Assembly: GCA_047611425.1 (NCBI GenBank)
Contig: JBLFWJ010000003.1
Coordinates: 1-43,969, forward strand
Length of the DNA: 43,969 nt
Source: Bacteroidia bacterium
Lineage (GTDB): Bacteria; Bacteroidota; Bacteroidia; UBA10329
Direction: 5' to 3'
Position numbers and translations under genes: made by a program. Within the stretch, counting starts at the first letter, position 1; every line of letters starts with the position of its first letter. Positions 17,898 to 27,399 of the stretch are shown piece by piece. The notes under the pieces were generated by a model. The model saw only the letters and a list, made by a program, of their open reading frames with translations, did not search any database and was not told the origin of the DNA.

Positions 17898-19781
17898 ATG
17901 AAAAGACCCCTACTCCTCACCTTGCTCCTCATTGTACCAATGATTTCCTTAGTTCTGGAAGTCAATGGACAAACTCCCGAAGAGCTGTATTACAAAGATG
18001 ACAGTGGCCGTGATGCTCTATTCAAACCAAGAGTTGGACTTGGCACGGGCATATTCACTTTCTTTGGTGATGTTAATGACGACAATCGACTACACCCGTT
18101 TACCAGTAGTTTGGGATACGAATTTGTTGCTTCAGCCAATTTATCAAGGTATTTCAATCTTAATTTGAAAGCGATTTACGGGAATATAAAAATCAACGAA
18201 CGAGGAAAAGAAATTGAAGGATTTGATGAAAAGCGTAACCTCAATTTCAAATCAGAAATGTTTTTGGGAGGAGTTGATGTTAGTTACAACTTCAACCATC
18301 TATATAATAAACCTGGTATAATACAGCCTTTTGTGTCAGCTGGTGTGGCCTTTTTAAGCTTTGATACAAAGAGCGATCTTAGGGATTCACGAGGTATATC
18401 CTATCATTATCATAGTGATGGACTGATTAGTGACATTAGTGAGGAAGAAGCACGCGAACTGCAGATTGATGCGCCAGAGGTTCTTCGGGATTACACGTAT
18501 GAAACGGACCTAAGAAAAGAAGACCTTGATTCGTTAGGAAAGTACAATACATTTTCATTTGCAATTCCTGTTTCTTTAGGAATCGATTTTCGATTGAGTA
18601 GAAGGGTCAGTGCAAAATTCAGCAGCACATTCTACTACACATTTACTGATAACATAGACAACGTATCTTCGGAAAGTTCAGGAATTCGTCAAGGCAATAA
18701 GGCCAATGACATGTTTCTATTCACTTCGCTTAGCGTAAGTTACGCACTGGGATCAAACAAAAAGTCTGTTAAGGCCAACAAAACGAAGTATTTTCAAGGA
18801 ACAAACTTTACCGCGTTATATTTTGACGATTCTGATGGAGATGGCGTAAATGATTTTGACGACCTCTGTGCCAAAACCCCAGATGGCGCTAAAGTTGATG
18901 CGTTTGGTTGCGCTTTGGATTCAGATATTGATGATATCCAGAATTATCGAGATGACGAAGAATCTACACCGCAAGGAAATATCGTAACAACTCGTGGAGT
19001 CACACTTACAGATAGTATGATGCTGGCCTCATACATAGATTCTGCGGCACTAAAAAGATCCTTAATCCCTCAAATTTATCCATCTGGTGTATTGAGCATT
19101 AACCCGCCTCTTTCACCAGAAGATTCGACCATGTTAGCTGATACCAGAATTCGCTTACAATCGGAGATTGAGTCGAATAGCGACCTTGATCTGGTGTTCA
19201 AAGCGATTGAAGATGAGGTAAATAAGATGGACTTCTCAGAAGCTACAGACCCTGCAGAAGTCTATGCTAAAGCTGAGCAGGTATATTCCAAAATGGTTAA
19301 GAATAAAACCATAGAGCCAACGGCCCCAATGGCCATTACAACTGAGCCAGCCAAACCATCTATAATTCCTCCAGAATATGTGGAGGCTGACTACAATGGT
19401 GATGGTATACTTACCTCTGATGAAGTATTGAGAGTGATTGATGCCATTCTGGAAGGAGGTTCTTCATTTACAGTTGCACAAGTTCTTGGTATTATTGATT
19501 ACGCCACGGAGTATATGGACACCGCGAAGGTGGTCGATTTCGGAGGTACTTATGGTGTCTACATTGACAATTCACTGCATATTTTGAATGACTATGGCGA
19601 TGGACGTTCTAATTCTCAGCGATATTTAGCAAAGAAATACTCTGCAGTAGATGCAAATGGTGATGGCATCCTTACTCCTAACGAGGTGAACGATATGATT
19701 GCCAGATTCCAAAATGGTGATACCAACTATACAGAAACACAGATTTACGATTTGATCAACCTTTTCTTTGAAGAAGAATAA
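17898..19781 (+). CDS. Outer-membrane barrel paralog 4, with TSP3-like repeats and two EF-hand/dockerin-like modules
   Basis: Signal VNG-Q; FFGDVN, YHYHSDG, RDYTYETDLR, TDNIDNV; DSDGDGVND..DLC; ADYNGDGILTSDE and DANGDGILTPNE...LINLFFEEE. Confidence 0.75.
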   Translation: MKRPLLLTLLLIVPMISLVLEVNGQTPEELYYKDDSGRDALFKPRVGLGTGIFTFFGDVNDDNRLHPFTSSLGYEFVASANLSRYFNLNLKAIYGNIKINERGKEIEGFDEKRNLNFKSEMFLGGVDVSYNFNHLYNKPGIIQPFVSAGVAFLSFDTKSDLRDSRGISYHYHSDGLISDISEEEARELQIDAPEVLRDYTYETDLRKEDLDSLGKYNTFSFAIPVSLGIDFRLSRRVSAKFSSTFYYTFTDNIDNVSSESSGIRQGNKANDMFLFTSLSVSYALGSNKKSVKANKTKYFQGTNFTALYFDDSDGDGVNDFDDLCAKTPDGAKVDAFGCALDSDIDDIQNYRDDEESTPQGNIVTTRGVTLTDSMMLASYIDSAALKRSLIPQIYPSGVLSINPPLSPEDSTMLADTRIRLQSEIESNSDLDLVFKAIEDEVNKMDFSEATDPAEVYAKAEQVYSKMVKNKTIEPTAPMAITTEPAKPSIIPPEYVEADYNGDGILTSDEVLRVIDAILEGGSSFTVAQVLGIIDYATEYMDTAKVVDFGGTYGVYIDNSLHILNDYGDGRSNSQRYLAKKYSAVDANGDGILTPNEVNDMIARFQNGDTNYTETQIYDLINLFFEEE

Positions 19782-19791
19782 AAACAAAAAA

Positions 19792-21609
19792 ATGAAAGCA
19801 CCATTACTTTTCTCCCTTTTCATTATTGGGACACTAACTGGCGGTTCCGCCCTGGCCCAGGATAAGCCAGATGTGAAAAAAGCAACGGATTCACCAAAAG
19901 TTGAATCTGAAGCGAAAACGGAACCAATAAAAACCAGTTCAAACGTGAAAAGCTATGCTCCACATGAGTTTAAGCTAAACGTTCATGCCGGTGGAGGGTT
20001 TAATCTTTTTATGGGTGATATTGCAGACAATGCATCTACTAACGTGCACCGAATTGGTAATCGGTTTGCATATCACTTTGGAATTGGAGCTACGTTAACT
20101 CCATGGCTCGATTTAAACGCGAACGTAATTATTGGCCGTTTAAACGGTAATGAGCGAAGCCATGAAGAAGGCGAATTGTGGAAAAACAGAAACTTCGAAG
20201 CCAAGACTTTTGCAGCAGGACTGGAACTCTCCTACAATTTTAAAAACATTGGATTTTTTCGAGATCCACGGGTAATGGTGCCATTTGTGGGTGCCGGTGC
20301 ATATTTTAGTACGTATGATGTATACATAGATAAGAAAGTTGATTCTACTGGTGATAAATACCACTATTGGTCTGATGGCCGAATTATGTCTGAAGAGGAA
20401 GATAATCTCATTTCAGATAACGCTCAACCAATAGTTCGAGATTTCCTTTACGAATCTAAGGAGGCTGACTCTCCTGTAAAAGCGTTGGCCATACCTGTTT
20501 TCGGAGGTTTTGATTTCAACATAGATCGCAACTGGGCCTTCCGTTTAAAGGCGGCATATTTCTTCACATTAACTGACGCAATAGATGGATATGATGATCC
20601 TCAGCATTCAGATAATTTGGATGGCTATTTCTACACTTCGGCCAGCGTATTTTTCAAATTCAATCCATTTAAAAAACGAGCGGCTAAAGGCGAAGTACCT
20701 TTAGAATATGTTGGTGATTTTGGTCCATTAATTAATGAGGATACAGATAAGGATGGAGTTGTTGATTTTCTTGATAAATGCAACGGTACACCAACAGGTG
20801 TCACAGTAAACTCCGATGGTTGTGCACTTGATAGCGATAATGATGGAATTCCAGACTACAGAGATAATCAGAAAAACACCGTGGCAGGATACATTGTAGA
20901 CGAGCATGGAGTAGCAATCAGTTACAAAAATATCTATGAAGAATTCCAAAAGGACACTTTCTCTATTCTAAGAAGAAACGAGTGGTTATACTCTCAACCC
21001 GAAAAGGATCCTCAGTACACGGTACATGTTGGAACGTTCACTAATTACGATATTCCAACTCAATTGAAAATGAAATTGAGTTCCATAAGCGGGTTAGTTG
21101 AAAGAAATATTAACGATAGCGTGTCTGTTTTTACCCTTGGATCATTCAACAATTTTGAGGCCGCAGAAGCAAAACAAAACCAGTTGATTAAATCTGGAAT
21201 CGATCAAGCTTTTGGGGTCAATGAAAATGCCATTAAGAGGGTTGCTGACGATATGAAGGAACTTAGAGTGTCAGATCCGATCTTTTCTCAGGGTGCTAGA
21301 ACAGAAAAAGAACCAGATATCCTTAATTATGGTGTTGAATTAAAGGAATACAGATTGAGGTTAGACATAAACAGGTTGTCATCAGTAATTGCCAAGTATG
21401 GTGTAGAAATGAGATCGACCCCTGGTGGCATTAAAATCTATCGAATTGGTTCTTTCAATCATTTTGACGAGGCTGAAAAACTTAGAAAAAGTGTCGCAAA
21501 ATTGGGTGTTAAAAACCCTCAAATCAGTCCACGCTTGAATGACCGACCAATTGATGTTGATAAGGCTAAAGAGCTCGAATCAACTATCAATCCTCAGGAA
21601 GAAAAGTAA
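19792..21609 (+). CDS. Outer-membrane barrel paralog 5, with TSP3-like repeats and two SPOR-like domains
   Basis: Signal ALA-Q; FMGDIA, YHYWSDG, RDFLYES, TDAIDG; DTDKDGV.D..DKC..TP..GCALDSDNDGIPD; YTVHVGTF...LGSFNNFEAAE and YRIGSFNHFDEAEKLR..LGV. Confidence 0.75.
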   Translation: MKAPLLFSLFIIGTLTGGSALAQDKPDVKKATDSPKVESEAKTEPIKTSSNVKSYAPHEFKLNVHAGGGFNLFMGDIADNASTNVHRIGNRFAYHFGIGATLTPWLDLNANVIIGRLNGNERSHEEGELWKNRNFEAKTFAAGLELSYNFKNIGFFRDPRVMVPFVGAGAYFSTYDVYIDKKVDSTGDKYHYWSDGRIMSEEEDNLISDNAQPIVRDFLYESKEADSPVKALAIPVFGGFDFNIDRNWAFRLKAAYFFTLTDAIDGYDDPQHSDNLDGYFYTSASVFFKFNPFKKRAAKGEVPLEYVGDFGPLINEDTDKDGVVDFLDKCNGTPTGVTVNSDGCALDSDNDGIPDYRDNQKNTVAGYIVDEHGVAISYKNIYEEFQKDTFSILRRNEWLYSQPEKDPQYTVHVGTFTNYDIPTQLKMKLSSISGLVERNINDSVSVFTLGSFNNFEAAEAKQNQLIKSGIDQAFGVNENAIKRVADDMKELRVSDPIFSQGARTEKEPDILNYGVELKEYRLRLDINRLSSVIAKYGVEMRSTPGGIKIYRIGSFNHFDEAEKLRKSVAKLGVKNPQISPRLNDRPIDVDKAKELESTINPQEEK

Positions 21610-21630
21610 ACTGCTTATAAGTTCGATAAT

Positions 21631-21662
21631 GAAAGGGAGGCTAATTGCCTCCCTTTCTGTTT
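21631..21662 (+). terminator. Rho-independent terminator closing the barrel cluster
   Basis: Perfect 11-bp stem GAAAGGGAGGC-TAATT-GCCTCCCTTTC followed by TGTTT. Confidence 0.8.
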
Positions 21663-21684
21663 CCCCTCCTATCTTAGAGCAATT

Positions 21685-22896
21685 ATGGATTTAATCGCAC
21701 TATCCATTCCGGCATTTTTTATCCTAATTGCCATTGAGCTGATTTACGCAGCAATCAAGGGTATTAAACTATACCGATTTAACGATACTGTTACTAACAT
21801 CGGATTAGGAATCGGACAACAGGTTACCGGGTTATTGATGAAGGGAGTTCTCTTCTTGGGGTACATCTTTCTTTTTGATAATTACAAGGTTGCACAGCTA
21901 GAGATTAACACGCTAAATTGGATTTTACTCTTTCTTGCAGTAGATTTTCTTTATTACTGGTTTCATAGACTAAGCCACCAAATCAATGCATTGTGGGCAG
22001 CACATATTGTCCATCATCAAAGTGAAGAATACAACCTTTCAGTTGCTTTAAGACAGTCATGGTTTCAAAGCTGGTTCTCTTGGGTGTTTTATCTACCTCT
22101 TGCCATTATCGGGTTCGAACCGATTATGTTCATTACCATGAGCGCTATTAACACGATATACCAGTTTTGGATTCATACCAGAACAATTGGGAAGCTAGGT
22201 CCATTGGAGTGGATTATAAATACACCTTCGCACCATCGAGTCCATCATGGGTCAAATCCAAAATACATTGATAAGAACCATGCGGGCTCGTTGATTATTT
22301 GGGATCGGATGTTTGGTACATTTCAAGAAGAAGAGGAAGAACCAGTTTATGGTATCACCAAACCACTAAACAGTTGGAACCCATTCTGGGCGAATTTTCA
22401 TTATTGGGCAGAGCTTTGGGACCTTTCAAATCGATGTACCATACCACTGGATAAAATTAAAGCTTGGATAATGCCACCTGGTTGGAAGCCTTATTATCTA
22501 GGTGGCCGAGAGTTTCCTTCGGAAATCGATCATTCCGCTTATCAAAAGTATGATCAAGACAGCGACAAGAAAGTACACTGGTACATAGGATTGGTTTTTG
22601 CCTCAAGCTTGACTCTTTCATTGTTGACCCTTTTCCTTGCTGATCAATTATCGTTGGCAGAATCGATCCACTTGAGTCTTAGTATCCTTCTTGGAGTAAC
22701 TGTCTGTGGTACGTTAATGGATAACCCGAATATTGCAATTCGCCTTGAATACGCTAGATTCTTAGTTCTAATTTCTGGTGGATTTCTATTTTTCACGAAC
22801 GTTAATCCCGGATGGATTTCTAATGCCATTATCTGGGGGGCCATAATTAGCCTTGTGATTTTTAGGCTCTTCAATATTATAAGCAAACAAGAATGA
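21685..22896 (+). CDS. Fatty-acid hydroxylase/sterol desaturase family, alkylglycerol monooxygenase-like
   Basis: His boxes WFHRLSH, HIVHH, WIH and HHRVHH; HQSEEYNLSVALRQ; IIWDRMFGTF; extra C-terminal TM helices. Confidence 0.85.
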   Translation: MDLIALSIPAFFILIAIELIYAAIKGIKLYRFNDTVTNIGLGIGQQVTGLLMKGVLFLGYIFLFDNYKVAQLEINTLNWILLFLAVDFLYYWFHRLSHQINALWAAHIVHHQSEEYNLSVALRQSWFQSWFSWVFYLPLAIIGFEPIMFITMSAINTIYQFWIHTRTIGKLGPLEWIINTPSHHRVHHGSNPKYIDKNHAGSLIIWDRMFGTFQEEEEEPVYGITKPLNSWNPFWANFHYWAELWDLSNRCTIPLDKIKAWIMPPGWKPYYLGGREFPSEIDHSAYQKYDQDSDKKVHWYIGLVFASSLTLSLLTLFLADQLSLAESIHLSLSILLGVTVCGTLMDNPNIAIRLEYARFLVLISGGFLFFTNVNPGWISNAIIWGAIISLVIFRLFNIISKQE

Positions 22897-23609
22897 GTGT
22901 AAAGAGAATTCTAATCTTGGCGTTTATTATTATGGGTACTGTTGAAGTTTCGGCAGAGTTTTTTGAGTTACCCACCATAATCTATAAGAGTAAACCTTGG
23001 ATGATGATTATCCTAATCTTGCTTTTATTGAAATCGGTTGATGTAAAATCTAACCGGAGTAATAGATTCATGCTTTTGGCACTTGTATTCTGCTTCTTTG
23101 GCGATGTTTTACTTATGATTCAACCATCCAGCGAAGGACTATTTATCGCTGGCCTCTTCACATTTCTCGTTGGGCACTTGATGTACACCTATGCTTTCTA
23201 CTTAGACACTCAAACTCCGTTTAAAAGCAAATGGAAAACTGAGCATTTACTAATACCAATCATGCTGATGGCTCATGCTTTACTAATTGCATCGTTAATG
23301 GTTGGAAACCTAAATGGGGTAATGATGGTAGCTGTACTCATCTATGTGGTTTTCATCACAATTATGGGAGTGGCAGCTGCTGCACGAATTAGAGACGGTT
23401 ACACTTTAGACAGAATAATGTTGCTGATGGGTGCACTCTTCTTCGTATTCTCAGATACGTTAATCGGAGTTACGAAATTCATAGACCCAGACGTGCCATT
23501 TGCGCGTCCCGCAATCATGACCCAATACTTACTGGGTCAAATATTAATCATTTTGGGTTGGACTGGTAAAACCAATCCACACACAGAAATTAAAGTAGCG
23601 ACAGCTTAA
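22893..23609 (+). CDS. YhhN/TMEM86 family lysoplasmalogenase
   Basis: Motifs SKP, GDVLL, GLFTFLVGHLMY, Y...I..M, GALFFVFSDTLI and IMTQY..GQ; polytopic membrane protein. Confidence 0.85.
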   Translation: MSVKRILILAFIIMGTVEVSAEFFELPTIIYKSKPWMMIILILLLLKSVDVKSNRSNRFMLLALVFCFFGDVLLMIQPSSEGLFIAGLFTFLVGHLMYTYAFYLDTQTPFKSKWKTEHLLIPIMLMAHALLIASLMVGNLNGVMMVAVLIYVVFITIMGVAAAARIRDGYTLDRIMLLMGALFFVFSDTLIGVTKFIDPDVPFARPAIMTQYLLGQILIILGWTGKTNPHTEIKVATA

Positions 23610-26056
23610 GCTACTCTTAAAGGTGACTTAACTTTCTCTTTAAGAAGAGCCTTGTCTATTACTTGATCCATCGTACTTACGTAATGGAAAGTCAAGTCCT
23701 TTCTATACTCCTCTTCAATTTCCTCAACGTCAAGTCGGTTATCCTCACAAACGATAATCTCCTTTACGTTGGCTCTACGCGCTGCAAGCATCTTCTCCTT
23801 GATGCCGCCTACTGGAAGAACTTTTCCTCGAAGCGTAATCTCACCGGTCATGGCAACTTTGGCTAAAACTTTTCTTTGAGTAAATACTGAAGCCAATGCT
23901 GTGAAAATCGTAATTCCAGCTGAAGGACCATCTTTAGGTGTTGCACCTTCCGGAACGTGAACATGTACATTCCAATTATCAAAAACATCGGAATCAATAT
24001 CTAGTTGATCAGAATGTGCTTTTAGATATTCGAGCGCAATTACAGCCGATTCCTTCATTACATCACCAAGGTTACCGGTCAACGTTAACTTCCCTTTACC
24101 CTTGCTTAGACTAGATTCAATAAAGAGAATGTCCCCTCCAACTGCAGTCCAAGCCAAACCAGTTACAACTCCAGCAATACTATTGTCGACAACCTTATCT
24201 CGGCTGTTTCTTGGTGGACCAAGAATTTCTTTTACTCGATCAAGAGTCAGCGTAATCTCATGCTTTTCTTCCATGGCCACTTTCATAGCCGTAGCTCTTA
24301 CCACCTTCGCAATTGTCTTCTCTAAACTTCTAACACCAGATTCTCTGGTGTAGTTGTCTACTATGAAAGACAAAACCTTCGGTGGAAACTTTAAGTCAGC
24401 TTTTTTCAGGCCATGCTCTGATAGTTGCTTTGGAATGAGATGTCGCTTAGCAATCTCAACTTTCTCTTCAAGTGTGTAACCACTTAGTTGGATGATTTCC
24501 AATCGATCTCGAAGTGCCGGTTGTATCGGTCCCAAGAGATTTGCCGTAGCAAGAAACATAACCTTAGAAAGGTCATACTCCATCTCAAGGTAATTGTCAT
24601 AAAACGAACCGTTCTGTTCTGGATCGAGTACTTCTAAAAGTGCCGAAGATGGATCACCGTGATGGTCATTCCCAACCTTATCTATTTCATCTAAAATGAA
24701 GACGGGGTTGGAACTCTTCGCCTTTTTAATGTTCTGCACTACTCTACCGGGCATTGCACCGATGTACGTCTTTCTGTGCCCTCGAATCTCAGATTCATCC
24801 TTCAATCCACCCAAGGACATTCGAACATATCCACGTCCAATCGCATTGGCAATCGATTTCCCCAAACTCGTTTTACCAACTCCAGGAGGGCCAACTAAGC
24901 AGAGAATCGGTGCTTTCAAATCACCTTTCAATTTCAATACAGCCAAATGCTCAAGAATTCGCTCCTTCACTTTGGTCATTCCGTAGTGATCCTTATCTAG
25001 GATACGCTTGGCTCGCTTCAAGTCAAATCGATCCTTGGAATATTCTCCCCAAGGAAGATCTAAAAGCGTTTCTAAGTAATTCATCTGAACTGAATATTCA
25101 GATGCAGCTGGATTCATCCTACCAAGCTTATCTAATTCCTTATGGAATTGATCCGCCACGGTAGAAGTCCACTTCTTAGATCTGGCTTTCTTTTTCATGT
25201 CTTCAACCTCTTGGTCAAAGACATTTCCACCCAACTCTTCCTGAATTGTTTTCAGTTGCTGATTTAGGAAGTACTCTTTCTGTTGTTGATCAATATCAAC
25301 CTTAACCTTGCTTTGAATCTGATTCTTCAGTTCAAGCATTTGTAATTCTTTGGTCAAGTGACCAAGCAGCATGGTTGCCCGCTCCTGAAGGTCAGCAACT
25401 TCAAGCATACTTTGCTTTACATCCACCTCAGCATTCATGTTACTGGAGATGAAATTGATTAGGAAAGACGGGCTCTCAATATTCTTAATGGCAAAGGCAC
25501 TCTCAGAAGGAATGTTTGGGGATTGCTGAATAATACTCAACGCCATATCCTTCAATGACTCTACAAGAGCATTGAATTCCTTTTTCTTTTTAGCTGGCTT
25601 TATTTCATCAAACGCTGAAATTTCAGCCCTGAAGTATGGATCCTCTTGAACAATTTTAATTAGTTCAAAGCGCTTCTTTCCTTGAATGATAACGGTGGTA
25701 TTTCCATCGGGCATCCGAAGCATCTTAAGAATCTTAGCAACCGTACCTACACGGTTTAATTCTTCCTTTCCCGGATCCTCAGTACTGACATCCTTTTGCG
25801 AAACGACACCAATAATCTTTTCGCCTTTATAGGCGTCCTTAATCAACTTAATGGACTTATCCCGTCCAACCGTTATTGGAATTACCACTCCTGGAAACAG
25901 AACTGTGTTTCTTAAAGGTAGAATAGAAAGTTCTTTTGGAATGTCAGCCGCAGCCATCGATTCCTCCTCCTCGGTAGTAATCAGTGGGATGAACTCGGGA
26001 TCATCGTCCAGCATGTCGGACAGATGCTTTATTGTATCGTCAAAAATGTTCTTCAT
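23606..26056 (-). CDS. lon: ATP-dependent Lon protease
   Basis: [47 protein letters not shown] (catalytic Ser) and PVGGIKEK. Confidence 0.97.
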   Translation of the reverse strand: MKNIFDDTIKHLSDMLDDDPEFIPLITTEEEESMAAADIPKELSILPLRNTVLFPGVVIPITVGRDKSIKLIKDAYKGEKIIGVVSQKDVSTEDPGKEELNRVGTVAKILKMLRMPDGNTTVIIQGKKRFELIKIVQEDPYFRAEISAFDEIKPAKKKKEFNALVESLKDMALSIIQQSPNIPSESAFAIKNIESPSFLINFISSNMNAEVDVKQSMLEVADLQERATMLLGHLTKELQMLELKNQIQSKVKVDIDQQQKEYFLNQQLKTIQEELGGNVFDQEVEDMKKKARSKKWTSTVADQFHKELDKLGRMNPAASEYSVQMNYLETLLDLPWGEYSKDRFDLKRAKRILDKDHYGMTKVKERILEHLAVLKLKGDLKAPILCLVGPPGVGKTSLGKSIANAIGRGYVRMSLGGLKDESEIRGHRKTYIGAMPGRVVQNIKKAKSSNPVFILDEIDKVGNDHHGDPSSALLEVLDPEQNGSFYDNYLEMEYDLSKVMFLATANLLGPIQPALRDRLEIIQLSGYTLEEKVEIAKRHLIPKQLSEHGLKKADLKFPPKVLSFIVDNYTRESGVRSLEKTIAKVVRATAMKVAMEEKHEITLTLDRVKEILGPPRNSRDKVVDNSIAGVVTGLAWTAVGGDILFIESSLSKGKGKLTLTGNLGDVMKESAVIALEYLKAHSDQLDIDSDVFDNWNVHVHVPEGATPKDGPSAGITIFTALASVFTQRKVLAKVAMTGEITLRGKVLPVGGIKEKMLAARRANVKEIIVCEDNRLDVEEIEEEYRKDLTFHYVSTMDQVIDKALLKEKVKSPLRVA

Positions 26057-26066
26057 AAGAGGGTTC

Positions 26067-26137
26067 CAAAGGTAAACTTACGGTTGACCGAAACTGTCAA
26101 CCAACATGCCAATCTGCACAACGTGACATAATTGCCA
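26067..26137 (-). promoter_or_regulatory. lon upstream region: -7 box, inverted repeat and TGNCA motifs
   Basis: TACCTTTG on the minus strand at 26067-26074; GGTTGAC-N7-GTCAACC at 26082-26102; TGCCA at 26107-26111; TGACA-N4-TGCCA at 26124-26137. Confidence 0.45.
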
Positions 26138-26146
26138 CTTTATCCG

Positions 26147-27325
26147 TCATTTCCGCTGACCATCTGTCAACTTGAACACGCTTTCCAACAGATCCTGTTC
26201 TGTCTTGTCAAGTTTGACACTTCGCCTGTCCATTACACGCTCTGCTGTCTCAAGCGCTTTATCCAGCTTGTAATTAAGCATGGAACGCGCACTACCCCAA
26301 CTGAATGACGGGACAAATTTTCGAGGAAAGTCGGATCCATAAATATTACAGCTGACTCCAACCACGGTTCCAGTATTCAACATGGTGTTGATTCCAGTTT
26401 TGGAATGATCTCCCATTATGAGACCGCAGAATTGCAAACCGGTATCGATATAGGCTTTTGCCGGATAGTTCCAACAATCGACTAAACCGTAATTGTTCTT
26501 CAAGTTTGAATTGTTGGTATCTGCACCCAAATTGCACCATTCGCCAATTACAGAATTGCCTAAAAAGCCATCATGGCCTTTATTAGAATACCCGATGATA
26601 ACTGAGTTGTTTACCTCCCCTCCTACTTTGGAATGAGGTCCGACCGTAGTCGGTCCATAAATTTTGGCGCCCATTTTAACACCTCCATGCTCGCACAACG
26701 CAAACGGCCCTCGAATAACGGCCCCTTCCATTACTTCACTGTCTTTCCCAATATAGATTGAGCCATTGACTGTACTTAGAATACTGGCTTCGGCTTTGGC
26801 TCCTTTCTCGATAAATATCTTACCATCGCCAACAATCGTATTTGTTGAACTGATTTTTTGAGACTTCCGGCCTTCAGTTAGAAGAGTGAAATCGGACTCA
26901 AGTTCAACACCATTGTTGGAGAAAATATCCCAAGGATACCTGATTACTGTAGCATCAATTTTCGTCTCCTTTCCGCTGATTATGGAAATATCAAAATTGG
27001 CAACACCGCCAGAATGTGTTCTCAAAGCAATCAAAGCACCTTTGGAGCAGATTGCCTCACCCTGACCCAAAGCCTTCACTTTTTCTACTAAATCTGCAGA
27101 CGGACAAACCCGCCCATTAATCAAGATGTTATCCTTTGCTTTTTTAAGCTTAAACTTTTCTGAAAGATGCTCTTGAGTGATGTGACTTGCGCTGCCATCC
27201 AACCACTTTTCCCACTTCTCCTTAATCGTCATTATGCCGATTCTTAGTTCAGATGCAGGTCTCGTGTAGGTAAGCGGCAGCAGGTTGTCCCAGCCATTGT
27301 CGTCAAAAAGAATAATATTCATCAT
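26147..27325 (-). CDS. GlmU-like putative sugar nucleotidyl/acyltransferase (Bacteroidota type)
   Basis: LLPLTYTRP..LRIGI.TI.EKW N-terminal domain; left-handed beta-helix repeats; SNKGHDGFLGNS.IGEWCNLGA. Confidence 0.85.
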   Translation of the reverse strand: MMNIILFDDNGWDNLLPLTYTRPASELRIGIMTIKEKWEKWLDGSASHITQEHLSEKFKLKKAKDNILINGRVCPSADLVEKVKALGQGEAICSKGALIALRTHSGGVANFDISIISGKETKIDATVIRYPWDIFSNNGVELESDFTLLTEGRKSQKISSTNTIVGDGKIFIEKGAKAEASILSTVNGSIYIGKDSEVMEGAVIRGPFALCEHGGVKMGAKIYGPTTVGPHSKVGGEVNNSVIIGYSNKGHDGFLGNSVIGEWCNLGADTNNSNLKNNYGLVDCWNYPAKAYIDTGLQFCGLIMGDHSKTGINTMLNTGTVVGVSCNIYGSDFPRKFVPSFSWGSARSMLNYKLDKALETAERVMDRRSVKLDKTEQDLLESVFKLTDGQRK

Positions 27326-27341
27326 CTCGTGGTTAGTGGCG

Positions 27342-27349
27342 CAAAGCTA
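27342..27349 (-). promoter_or_regulatory. -7 promoter box (TAGCTTTG)
   Basis: TAnnTTTG on the minus strand, 16 nt upstream of the glmU-like start. Confidence 0.5.
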
Positions 27350-27399
27350 TGAACGCTGACCGAATACAATAGAAGCCAATAATTGCGGTTATTTGGGGA

